A stretch of DNA of 64,000 bases. It comes from Lama guanicoe (lineage: Eukaryota). The position numbers and the translations under genes are program-made. Every line of letters starts with the position of its first letter. Positions within the stretch are counted from its first letter, which is position 1. Under the pieces are notes generated by a model. That model was not told the origin of the DNA. It searched no databases and worked only from the letters and a program-made list of their open reading frames with translations. Below are positions 39,109 to 51,463 of this stretch, piece after piece. The DNA is taken from the NCBI GenBank assembly GCA_013239625.1, contig MU053810.1, positions 3,049,518 to 3,113,517 of the forward strand. Direction: 5' to 3'.

Positions 39109-39954
39109 CACACTGGCAGTTTCTTCATTCATTAAATCAATCACCTTTGTTCTTCTGCCCTTTGTGACACTTGTAATCATACACAGAGGGAAACACCAAC
39201 CACACAGAAACACACAGGTAAATACAGGTTGACAAATGGCCGTAAGTGTTCTCAAAGGGACAAGGCACTGTGAAAATGAGGGGATGGATGGACGCAGGGA
39301 ATCAGAGAAAGCTTCTTGAAGGAAGAGGTATTTAAACTGAAGTAGAAGTTGGCCAGAAAAAGAAGGGCAGCATTTCACAGGAAGACGGAAGCTCAAGTCT
39401 GGTTAACTATAATAACTCACAATGAAATTACATGACCTCAGTATACATTCTATTGGACCTAGAGGTGTAACATAAAAATATTATAGATCATCTAACAATA
39501 TGTGAAAATGTCACTCATTAATTTTAAATAGCAATTTGCAATACTGTGGTTATAAACTATTTGGCTTGGGGCAATATATTTCCATGTCTTATGAAATTAT
39601 TAATTCTCATTAAACGTTAATGATCCTTACTGTGGAGATTAGAGCTAATTAAGTACTCCTTTCACCAACAGTAATTTATTAGGTACTCATGATGAATCTA
39701 GTAAATTGTTTCTGTGTTAGCTGGCCAAAGTAAGTTCTATGGACCAGATACCAACACCACGAAGCACGCAAAGAAACAAAGACTTAGAATAATAAATATC
39801 ACCGTTACATAGCAAAGTTGGAAAACAGACAGACAACAGGGCTAAACGTTATGATATGCTAAATAGTTATCCAACTAACATTAGTCAGGCAACCAAATGT
39901 GTTTCCATAGTTACAGGCGCTGGTGTAACAGGACAGTGTGGTGAGCAGGGTTAC

Positions 39955-40206
39955 CTCATCACCATTTCAGAATCAAAACTGAAAATAACTGCAGTCGTTC
40001 TCTAGAGCCGAATTTCTTGATTTAAATAGTAACAGTAGGTAAAGGGCTCCTACAGATTCATTTCTTTCAATTTGAAACAAACCGAAGCCATGTGAGAGCA
40101 CATCACTTAGAGCCACTGATGCAAGAGTTTGGCAACAAGTTTTCATTATAAAACTTTGAATAAATTCAACTTTGATGGATTTCAAATATGTTGCAGGTTT
40201 AAAATT
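39955..40206 (-). pseudogene. Candidate 252-nt phase 0-0 exon, open for 77 codons then two TGA stops
   Basis: Acceptor aatcctcag| and donor gag|gtaacc; NFKPATYLKSIKVEFIQSFIMK...YFQF*F*NGDE. Confidence 0.4.
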
Positions 40207-40635
40207 CTGAGGATTACCCGGGATTACACATATCATAAACGCTTTTAGTTAGTAGCACTTAAATTTCATGGCATATAAAAATATGACATTTATCCAAGAA
40301 ATGTACTATACTTTCATTTGCAAACTTCTGTACATTTTAATATATCTTACATGGTAATCATTAAAAATAATAGTTGCTTCTTTTTAGGAGAGCCTATTAT
40401 AGAACATACCTAATTTTTTAAACAATATGTAGAAAATTGAATAATCACTCTTCATATTATAAAAAGATCACCTTTGGCTTGAAAAAAATTTTTCAAATCA
40501 TTTAAAAATAAATCTATTCATAAACATTAAGTGTATATATATATATTTTCTGATATACATGTACATATATCAACTAACTCAATCATATTTCAAGTACACC
40601 AATTTTAAAGTTCTAAGTATGATATACATGTATAC

Positions 40636-40793
40636 CATGTGTCAGTTTCTAACATGGGGTAGAAGCCTTTTGGAACCTCTCCCCAGTGTGTACTGAATGC
40701 CTTCCTCAGTAAGCACGGTCTGATTTCCTGGAGGAAGATTCTATCTAATCTTTCTTCTGGTCCACACGCTGCATTTTTAGAGGGCTCCAAATG
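40636..40793 (-). CDS. Candidate open 158-nt exon HLEPSKNAACGPEERLDRIFLQEIRPCLLRKAFSTHWGEVPKGFYPMLETDT
   Basis: GC-elevated island in AT-rich flanks; acceptor gttcaaag| and donor catg|gtatac; no stops. Confidence 0.4.
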
Positions 40794-41349
40794 CTTTGAA
40801 CAGTCAATTAAATAAATAAAATTTAATTAAACCTACATGTGAAAAATTGAAAGGAGTATCTGAGAGCAGACCTTGCTCTAGTGCTAGAGGCAGTTCTACA
40901 GGGAAGCTCATCAGGACAGTGTTTTGAGGTGCTGGAAATTAATATGACAACCAAACAACCATGCAACATACATAAGAACCGCACATCACCCTTGGCGGGG
41001 AATGGGTTGAGGCAGACTCAAGGGGCAGCAAGATCGTCCCATTAATTGTAGGAGAAGAGTTTGATGAACAAAATGCAGGATAAGAGAGTTGGTTTATCCT
41101 ATTCTTTCTATTATGGAAGTCTCAAGGATTCACTAGTTAAAACAAGGAGCGACAGTGTTATTAACACACTTTGCATAACTATCGTAGCAATTATAATTTT
41201 CTTCTAGTGAAGACTGAGAGAGAGCTAGGGAAGACTTCCCACTCGCTGTACAAGCAAAACTCTCCTCTCTCTATGTATATGTACTACCACCAATAAATTA
41301 GGAAGCGCATCTGCTTAAAGGGAAGGTAACTTAGAACTGAACCAAATTC

Positions 41350-41490
41350 CAACTGTTTCATTTCTTCATTAGATGAATAGGGACACTGCTATTTATCTTT
41401 CACAATGTTGAGAAGATTCAATGACGCCATGTATGTAAAGTCCTTAGCCCAGGGCCTGACACACAGCAGGAGCTCAGTAAGTGTGCACAG
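41350..41490 (+). mobile_element. MIR fragment
   Basis: atgtatgtaaagtccttagcccagggcctgacacacagcaggagctcagtaa. Confidence 0.75.
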
Positions 41491-41686
41491 AGGTCATTAT
41501 GATGGAGAGCATCACCAAATGAACCACGTCATCTTTGCCATCAAGCTCTTCGTATTTGAGATATTTTACGCACAAAACTGAACAAGGTTAGTATTACAGA
41601 AATCTTCCAGAATCCAAACCTAACGTTGATCCCCAAACTAAGTTGCATTTTAATCTCCCTCTCCTAAGCCAGCTTTAACACAATTT

Positions 41687-42346
41687 TGAGACAGGAGGGA
41701 AGGGGGCAGGGCATAGCCATTCAAGGAATGACAGCAGTTAGCACCAAAAGGGCGGAAGATTCACCTTTCAGGAGGCCGTGAGGATTCAGCTGGCTGGAGA
41801 TTTGACTTCCAGTAGACCTTGAGCTTCATTATATGCTCATGGTAACATATTAGCATGAGAAACAACATGCCCACAGGCACCATGACAGTCCCAAGGCTAA
41901 CATCATCGAAGGTCAAAAAGTGGGTGGTGGCCAAATTCCTGGGACTCCCAGCCTCTTCACCAGGGCAGCTGGAATAGTCCTCCCACTTGTAGGCATGGAG
42001 CTACGGAGCCCATAAAAACTTGGCAACATGGCACCTCATGGCTGCCTCTCCCGCTCCCTCATCTTCAGAGATGGCCTGCACTGTCTATGGAGTGCATACT
42101 ACTTTTACTTTAACCAAAGCATCCAACCCCCAAACTTCATGGCCTTTGTCTCGCCTTCTGAAACAGCCTATACTCTATGTAGTATGTATCTCTGTAAATA
42201 AATCTACCTTTACTCAACTGTGGCTCGCTCTTGAATTCTTTCCTTTGGGAAGCCAAGGACCCACACCTGGCAGGGTATGTCCCGGGGCCTCCACCGAGAC
42301 CTGGGACACGGCCCTCCCACGCCCCACATCTGTTTTTCCTGTGTCA
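41687..42346 (+). mobile_element. ERV1 solo LTR, MER41-like
   Basis: TG...CA termini; cataaaaa TATA-like element; aataaa followed by ggctcgctcttgaattctttcc...agccaagga as in MER41 LTRs; TSD not preserved. Confidence 0.8.
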
Positions 42347-43940
42347 CTTCCTCCTCCTCCATGCCAGAGTTTCAGAAATTTTTCCAAGTAAGTATTAATG
42401 ATTTTTAAAATTCGTGAAAGTCAACTCCTGCCTCAATTCCTAAATAACCAGGTTTTTCCTATTAATTACCAGATAATTTTAGAGCTGAAAGGGAAATGAT
42501 CTAGACCAGACACTAACTTAGGTATCTTAGTTGAAATAATTCCTATAAAAGAGTTAAAAAGTGTTTGTATGTGTAAATGCCACTATGTCACTAGGTTTAT
42601 TTGAAGCACATAAATTATACACTTCGGGTGGGAATATTTACTTTAACCTTCATTTGTTTTACTGAGAATGGTAGGTACTAGGTCAACTCATTGACTCAGA
42701 TTCCAAAAAGGTAACTGTAGGAAAAATTGTCATCTTTTTTTTTTTTTAACCAATGACCTAGTTTATTTTCCAAAAGAATTTAAAATAAATATTATGATGT
42801 TTATCTAAGACAATCATTCCAACACTCATCTTCCAGCATCTAAAATTCCTGCCCTCCTTTGCTGAAAGTAAATTTACATTTGGAGAAAGGGTTGTGATAA
42901 CAGATTTTTTTAAATCCAGCCTGGAATTTGATAAGCTTATCAATTTAAGATAAAGATTCAGACTCCAATTTCACAAACTAGCTAGAAAATTCAGTGTCAT
43001 TCTGGGACAATATGAATGCCAATATTATCAACTGTATTTGTGGCTTCTCCAGTTCTTTGTTTCTTTATATGTCAGCGAAAAGAATTCCTTTGATTTACAT
43101 CATCTGCCTCAGCAATCAGCTTCCCTTTGTAAAGGAGTTTATCACATACTGTCCTGTTACCTCTTTAAGTAAATTTTGACTTCAAAATTGACCCTGTCCA
43201 TAGCACATCCGTCAGTGTAGGATCTTTCTTGTTCTTGTTTCTTTCTTTGTACTTTTTAAAAAAACTGTTTACCTTGCTTAAATGGAAAACACCAGTGAAT
43301 CTATCTAAGCTCAGAGGAAAAGAACAGCCAGTTTTATAACTATAAACTACCATAACTATGATTATTCTATGACTTTCTTCAACTTCCAGGTTCAAAATAA
43401 AAATAATAAACTTCAGATTTTCTAAATTTCATTCACATGTCATTTAAAGAAAAACAAACAAACACAAAACCTGGAAAGTTACTATTTTGGTTCTTATTAT
43501 GATGAAGAAAATAGAACTTAGAGTTAAAAACAAACAAAAATCAAAGAAACTAGTAAAATCAAGAAAGAACTGAAGAAAAACAATAAAGTCTAACATTTCC
43601 AAAGAAGATTCACATTGAAATGTTTTTCTCAGTTTCATCCTTAGTTATGTCAAAGTTTAGAACAATACACATTTTTCTGAAGCAAAAATTTGATTTCTTG
43701 GTTTCATACAAGGATGTGTTTTATGGAAAAGCAGATAATGAAACAAAAAATGATGCTTAATTTTTTTTTTAAATTGCAGTTGTAGTTGAAATTTTATAAG
43801 TGTGCCTTCTCACTCTGGAATCTCACTCCAGAGAGATACCACACCCATCTTTCTCGCTTTCTTCTAGTTCATATTACAAGTAACCCCTTTATTCTGCTAT
43901 TTCTTGATTTTTTTGTTTGCTGTTCTTAATATTGTCTTTT

Positions 43941-45127
43941 TGAAAAATTAAAGTATAGTTGATTTACAATGTATTAGTTTCTGGTGCATAGTAAAGTGAT
44001 TCAGATATATGTATATATGTATTTTTTCATATTCTTTCCATTATAGTTTATTACAAGATATTGAATATAGTTCCCTGTGCTATACAGTAGGACCTTGTTT
44101 GTTGTTTATCTATTTTATATATAGTAGCTTGTATTTGCTAATCTCAAACTCCTAATTTATCCCTCTCCTCCTCACCCCTGCCCTTTGGTAACCATAAGTT
44201 TGTTATCTATGTCTGGGAGTCTGTTTCTGTTTTGTAAATAAGTTCATTTGTATCATATTTTAGATTCCACATATAAGTGATATGATAAAAGTCTTTCTCT
44301 GACTTATTTCACTTATGTGGTATGATATGATGGTAGTCTCTAGGTCCATCCATGTTGCTGCAAATGGCATTATTTCATTCTTTTTTATGGCTGAGCAGTA
44401 TTCCACTGTATTATTTATATAACTTCTTTACCCAATCATCTGTCAATGGACATTTAGGTTGTTTCCATGTCTTGGCTATTATTTTGTAAATAGTGCTGCT
44501 ATGAACATTGGGTGCTTGTATCTTTTTGAATTAGAGTTTTCTCTGGATATATGTCCAGGAGTGGGATTGCTGAATCATATGATAACTACATTTAGTTTTT
44601 CAAGGAATTTCCACAGTGTCTTCATAGTGGCTGCACCAAATTACTTTCCTATCAAAAGTGTAGGAAGGTTCCCTTTTTTCCACACCCTCTCCAGCATTTA
44701 CCATCTGTTGACTTTTTAATAATGGCCATTCTGACCAGTGTTAGGTGATATCTCATTGTAGTTTTGGTTTGCATTTCTCTAATAATTAGTGATGTTGAGC
44801 ATCTTTTCATGTGTCTATTGGCCATCTGGATGTCTATTTATGTCTTCTTCCCATTTTTTGATTGGGTTGTTTGTTTTTTGTTATTGAGTTGTACGAATTG
44901 TTTATACATTTTGGAAATTAATCCCTTGTCAGCTGCATCATTTGCAAATATTTTCTCCCAGTCTGTAGGTTGTCTTTTTTTTTTTATGGTTTCCTTTGTT
45001 GTGCAAAAGCTTATAAATTTGATTAGGTCCCATTTGTTGGTTTTTGCCTTTATTTCGATTACATTGCGAGACTGACAAGACATTGCTATGATTTATGCTA
45101 GAGAATGTTTTGCTTATGTTCTCTTCT
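43941..45127 (-). mobile_element. LINE-1 3' ~1.2 kb
   Basis: ORF 44838..45083 [20 protein letters not shown]...[10 protein letters not shown] is L1 ORF2; 3' UTR; approximate TSD tgtctttt. Confidence 0.93.
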
Positions 45128-45409
45128 GTCTTTTGATGTCTTCTATGGAAAATGAATTTCTCACCTACTGACCCCCACCAAACAAACTACTCCTCTCCTC
45201 CCAATGTAGTTATAACATAATCAATCATCCTTCTATGATTCTTTCTTAGGAATATGTACATCTGCATAGTAAGTCACACAAGGTTCTATGAGATAACTTT
45301 TCCTCCAGATATTTCCTTTGCTTGGTTTCCTCTGGCTCTACCCCTGAATCACCCACACACTCTCCCAAACAAATCTTCAGTCTTCACTCTCCCAAACAAA
45401 TCTTCAGAA

Positions 45410-45812
45410 GGGTTGGGGAGAGGCGGCTGACCTGCCCTGAGAGGTAAGTGAGGTGACCTGGGAGTCCAAATAAGTCTCTCAAGCAATTCTGTGAATGTCA
45501 GAGCCCCCCTTGGACCCCTCTCTCAGAGATTCCTGCTTCCTATAAATTCCTGTGGCTTTCAAGGTTCTGCAGGGAGAAGGTGGCTCTCTACCAGCAGTCT
45601 TGGGTTTTGGCCTCATTCATACCACCAAATCAGGTATCACTCCTTTGCTTTTCCAAACTTTGTTGACATCTTTTGTCTGTTGTCATTTCCTCCCACTCTC
45701 TTTGCTCTTGTCGGTTTGTTCCTTTTTAATCCTTTAATATCCTTTTAGTGTGGCTTACAGAGGGAACACAAATAAATGCATCTGTCCAATCCACCATGAT
45801 TAACCAGAAGTA
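45410..45812 (-). mobile_element. 5' end of an ancient L1/HAL1-like element
   Basis: Reverse complement acttctggttaatcatggtggattggacagatgcatttatt resembles recalled HAL1/L1ME 5' end. Confidence 0.55.
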
Positions 45813-47805
45813 TTTGTGCTGATTATTTGTAAAAAGGATTTTCTATGTTTTTTTTTAAAACATTATCACACCCATTTCTCTTTTGTCCACTCTTAGCTGT
45901 CTGCACGTATGTCTGATTAACTAACTGGGATGGATTTTTTTTTTTTTTAGGTGTGGATAACATTCAGTCCCAAGTAAAATTTTATAGTAAATGAAATTCA
46001 TGTTCAATGTTTTTGCCATTCTTTTGCCATTTTCCCCACTTGATGGCACCCTTCTCCAAGATCCATTATTTTCTTCATGTTTTCCTTTCTCTCTCTCCCT
46101 CTCCAAGAAATTAGATCTTGAGAGCAAGAAAGAAACACATGGCCTTATTCATACTAGGGTGTAAATGATTGACATCATTAAAAAGTGGTCCCCAAGATAT
46201 TAATACAATGATAAATTCTAAATCAAAATTGAGGTAAACTGGAATTTCCAAAGATGTATTTTGGAAACTCTCTCTGGGAGCAAAAATGAGTTGGGAGAAG
46301 AATGGAGTTGAGTGAAAGAAGTGAGAGTGAAGGAGCAGAGAGAATGATGGACTAACAGAGAAGACAGATTGGTGATAACATCCAATTTGAAGAGATATTT
46401 AATATTTTTCTTCCTAGATATGCAGATCTGGAAGAAGCCAAAGTAAATATATTAAGAAAACAAAATTATGTATACTGGAAGAAACTATAACAAGAGACAT
46501 GGCATTATGAAGATACAAATGTCATGAAAATTCTTTTATGTCTCATGAACAAAATTATAAAATAAACGTGTCCCAAATTCCACTTATATCCCTACCTTGT
46601 GAATGTTGATAAGTGAACCAACTTTTCTGGTTGATGTCATCAGGAGATAGAACACTTAGGTTTCAGATTAGAGAAATAAATTTTTTGCGGACTACTCTGG
46701 TGCACATATAAAGAAAAAGAAGCCAGTGTTTATCAGGAAGATAGCATTTTTTTCTGACATGATAAACAAAAAATTCTAGTGACTACTAGAAATTAATATC
46801 AGACTTTTCTAGATCCATTATATCTAAGACAAGGGGCCAGTACAAGCAAAGAAACTGAAGTAGGACCTTCTTGCTTTAAAAAAAAAAGAAAAAAAGAAAC
46901 AAACAACAACAGAAACTACTTTGTGAATCAACCTAACTATGCGTCTTAAAGTATATATGGATTTACTTGTAGAGAAATTTCAATTGGCTCACCTGTAACA
47001 TGAAGAGATTGTCCTACATCTGTGATTAGCAATGCAAGTGTGTGAAGCAACACCCTTCTGTCATTAAATTTCCGTCACGCCATAGCATGGGGAGAAAAAA
47101 GTGAGCTTTTCATGAAGCCGACTTTACCCAATTTAAATGACTGTCTTTTATTCTGAGATCGTGTCCCATTTTGTATGAAACTGTGAAGAAAACAGGCAGC
47201 TGTTTGTCTTTTTTCTCCTCCCCTCCCTTCTCCTACTTCATCTTTGGATTGTTCTTTGCAAAATTTAAAAGCTGATGAATTTCTACTAGCCATCAACATT
47301 TAGAAAATTAAAAATAGCTATGTTCAATGGTGTAATAGCTAAAACCTCTTCCCATACTGGTGCAAATTAATTCAACACAGTCCTCTAGTTGTTCTTGCAC
47401 CAGTGGATCTCAACGTAGTTCTTTTAAACCTCAGCCTTTTTCTTACATTGTTACACCTCTATATTAGCTTGTGTTTAAAGTACGAAAAACAAGGAAGTTA
47501 TTGAAAATGCAACAAGTATTCAGTTGGAGGTCGACCATGGTAGTTCTAGGGTCTACCTAGGTGCCTGGTGATGGCAGATTACATCTCAAGAATGAAATGA
47601 CACAGTAAGTGCACTGTCTTTAATTTTATGTTACAGATTAATGACAAGAGCATTAAATAGGTTTCTGAGGTGCTTCTATTCATTCTTTCCATAAAATGTC
47701 AATTGTTTGTATCAAAGAATAAGAACAATAATTACATGAAGTCACTTCAATATGTAAGTCTTCAAAATAATGATGCTCACCTTGGTTTTGTTCATATTGT
47801 GAAAC

Positions 47806-47817
47806 TGTCTATCTGTC

Positions 47818-47852
<35 letters not shown>
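47806..47852. repeat. (TCTG/TCTA)n compound microsatellite
   Basis: ctgtctatctgtctctgtctgtctgtctgtctgtctatctatctatc. Confidence 0.9.
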
Positions 47853-48182
47853 CATATGGGTGTTATAGCGAGTTCTCCTGGCTGAACACGTCAAGCTAAT
47901 ATCCATGAGGGGCTGGCAAATCCAGTACTAATGTCTAACAAGAACACACATTATATAATTTTTTGACCATAAAGATCACTTTTGCTCTAAAAGTACTAGA
48001 TGAGGATTCAGAGACTTAAGTTCTTGTCCTAGTTCTGTGTTTCACTTTGGGACTCAGTGTCCTGGTCTATAAATGGGGAGAATGTCTCATCAGAACCTCA
48101 TGACTCTCTTGTGGGATAGTTTACAGTCAGGAAGATCCTTTGAAAAATACAAAGCACTGGAAAAATATTAAAAGGTATGCTC

Positions 48183-48532
48183 ACAACTGAATTTATTTAC
48201 AGAACAGAAACCAAACTTATGGTTACCAAAAGGGAAAGGTGGGGGAGTGATGAGTTAGGAGTTTGGGACTAACAAATACATACTGCTAAATATAAAATAA
48301 ACAGATACACACTATTAAATATAAAATAGATAATAGATTCCTATACAGCACAGGGAACTATATTCAGTATCTTGTAACAAACTATAATGGAAAAGAATCT
48401 GAAAAAGAATATATATATATATATATTCAGATATATATATTCAGATATATATAATATATATAATCTGAATCTCTTTGCTGTACACAAGAAACAAATACAA
48501 CACTGTAAATCAACTATACTTCAATTGAAAAT
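48183..48532 (+). mobile_element. LINE-1 3' UTR fragment
   Basis: aaacttatggttaccaaagggg, gcacagggaactatattcagtatcttgtaa, aaatcaactatacttcaa; ~29-bp internal tandem duplication 48271-48328. Confidence 0.9.
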
Positions 48533-48604
48533 AGACTACTAAGAATAGCAAACAAAAATCAAGACATAGCAGAATACAGGGGTTATTTTGAGATAAAGTA
48601 ACAT

Positions 48605-48798
48605 AAAGTAGAAGTTGTGAAGATACACAGCATCATTTTGCTGGATTCTGTTGGTCAAACCAGGTCACGAGGGCTGGCCAAATTCAAGGACAAAGGAGGC
48701 AGCCTCCACCTCTTGATGCTGAAGTGACGAGGTTATATTGTAAAAGAATATGAGACAAGAGAGATTGTTATGGCAATCTCTGGAAACACAGTATCACA
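48605..48798 (-). mobile_element. MLT1 (MaLR) LTR fragment
   Basis: attctgttggtcaaa...aaattcaagg...ctccacctcttgatg. Confidence 0.65.
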
Positions 48799-49720
48799 TA
48801 TCCTCAAATAAGATTCTTTGATAATAGAATCTAACTACATGTACAATGTTTTTTAAAAATAATAGCACCCCAACAATAATTTAACAGAAGAATAAAAGAA
48901 AATAATTCATAAAATATGTATTCAATACATAAATGTTCAGCTATTAGTATACTAAAGGATCTAGTAAAGTGGCCAGATTCTTACACTGTCTGAAAGAATA
49001 AGTTTTTATTTAAGAGAAGATAAATCATTCTATAAAGGAGAGACACCATAATGAACAGAGGTACAGGGGGACACTGGAGTCAACAAACAAACAGAAACAG
49101 TATTATGACAGGTAATAATGTAGCAGATTTATTTGTATATAATAAGGAAAAATAAGACAAATTAGAGAGGAAACAGAATATTCTCAAAAATGATCCGGGC
49201 CTTCTATGTAAAGTATAAAATCAAAATAACTCCCTCTGTAACTACAGAAAACAACAATTATTTTAAAATTCTACCACAGGTCAAAGCATATATCAGCCCC
49301 CTGTACTTAAAAAGACTTAGGAGACCACATCTTTCAATACTCACAGGGAATATTAGATGGGTTTTTAAGAAGTAAATGAAGGAGACTAGAGAGAATCTGT
49401 GTGTTAGATGTCAGACAGACATCAGAACAAGACTGGAAAACAACAGGCAATTCTCAAATAAGTTTAATGTGTGATTGTCACATTAATTTCTTATTGCACT
49501 ATAAAAATTAAACATATAGAATGGCAATGATATACAATATTTTAAAATAACATTGATTAAAATTTAGTGTGACTCCTGCATTCATATCCTCAATAATATT
49601 TGATTTCTTAGTCTGATAAAGGGATTCTCAAATCTCCTTAATCACAAAATGCAATTGATTTCCTTGCTTTTGCAGTAACTGCACGACTGACTACATTCAC
49701 ACCCTACTCAGCACTGTGCA

Positions 49721-49910
49721 GCAGAGCTGGGTGGGACTAGGGGAGGGGAGGGAGCCACTTGCCATGGGCACAAAACTTAAAGTGTTCCTTAAATTCAAAC
49801 TCAGTAATCAAGATAAATCACATTTTAATGCAATCATTTAAAACACCAAATTAATGCCAAAAAAAAATCTGCGATAAACAAAGTAACAAAATTTTAAATA
49901 AAGACAGGAC
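49721..49910. mobile_element. MER96B-like hAT element fragment
   Basis: aaactcagtaatcaagataaat...aaattttaaataaagacagga. Confidence 0.65.
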
Positions 49911-50122
49911 ACAGAGTACATTTTCCAGTAATTCTGACACTATCTTTTGGTCATTTTAGCTTTCCTGTCCATAATGATTTTTTTCCTAAATTATAAGCCT
50001 TTTTGTGTACCTTCTTATAAAACTTTTCAGTATTACTTTATACTGAAGGGCTACTGATTTTCACTTGTATTAATGTACTACTGACATATTTGTAGTAGGA
50101 TATGGTCCAGCACATCATTTAA

Positions 50123-50314
50123 TTTTTTATTTTATTTTTTTCTATTGAAATAGAGTTGACTATTGTGCACCTGAAACTAAGAGTCCTCTGTTACTTTCAG
50201 GTGCACTATATAATGATTTGACATTTGCATACATTATGAAATGATAATCACAATAAGTCTAGGAACAGTCTGCCCCACACTACGTTATTACAATATTATT
50301 AACCATATTCCTTA
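50123..50314 (-). mobile_element. L1 3' tail carrying a fold-back inverted repeat
   Basis: attgaaatagagttgac...tttcaggtgcac...acattatgaaatgataatcacaataagtctag. Confidence 0.85.
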
Positions 50315-50969
50315 GGTCAGAACATCTTTGTAAACTCTAGTGGGACTCAGGAAGATTTTTCATTGTGTAGAAATGAATTGAGCTTTGGCGGATGCCAGAC
50401 ACATGTGACCCCCTACTCTAAGGGCCGTTGGTACTCCACATACTAAATCGTTGTGTCAACCCAAAATGCCCCACGTTTTCAAGCTCACTGGCATTGTAGG
50501 AACTGCCCTGAGTGAGAACTACTGGAGACGATGATCAGAGTATGGGTGAATCAAACAAACAGGCTGCATGTAAGCACCTTTTGAAAAGTGTCTTGGGTAC
50601 ATACCTAAGGTTGATTTGAACTTTAATTAAGTCACACATAAAGACTCTCTAGGGTTTTCAAAAATTAAAGAGCTTTTATGATATGATATTCATGTCCTGC
50701 TTTAAAAACTAGACAATGATAAAAAGCTTAAAGCTGAAGTAACCACACGCTAATCACAATATTTAACTTCAACCTCTTGGCTGGAAGAGACAACAACTCT
50801 ACTGTTACTCATCTCTGTCTTTTGTCTGGTCACAGTTAAGGCAATCAAAGGCTATTATGTTTTATTTAGCCGTGTCTTTAACTATTCTGTTCCAAATTTA
50901 GGCGTTTGACTTTGGTAGTATGCTCTGCGTCTCAATAAATCATTTCCTTTGCATCAATTCACAACAGTA

Positions 50970-51463
50970 TAGGCATACCTTGTTTTACTGCACTTCGCCT
51001 TACTGTGTTTCACAGATATACTGCATTTTTCACAAAGTGAAGGTTTGTGGCAACCCTGCATCGAGTAAATCTATCGGCACAATTTTTCCAATAGCATTTG
51101 CTCACTTCGTGTCTCTGTGTCACATTTTGGTAATCCTCACAATAGCTCAAACTTTTCCATTATTACTATATTTGTTATGGTGATCTGCGGTCAGTGATCT
51201 TTGAGGTTACTTCTGTAAAAATATTATGACTTTCTGAGGGCTCAGATGATGGTTAGCATTTTTAGCAATAAAGTAATTTTTAATTAAGGAATGTACTTTT
51301 TTAGACATAATGCTATTGCACACTTAATGGACTATAGTACAGTATAAACATAACTTTTATATGCACTGGGAAACCAAAAAATTTGTGTGACTCACTTTAT
51401 TGCAATATTTGCTTTATTGCAGTCATCTGGAACCAAACCCTCAGTATCTCTGACATATGCCCA
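50970..51463. mobile_element. Tigger1 internal-deletion derivative
   Basis: Terminus (t)aggcatacct, gaaggtttgtggcaaccctgcatcgag, ggctcagatgatggttagca, end tatctctgacatatgccca; TA flanks. Confidence 0.92.
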
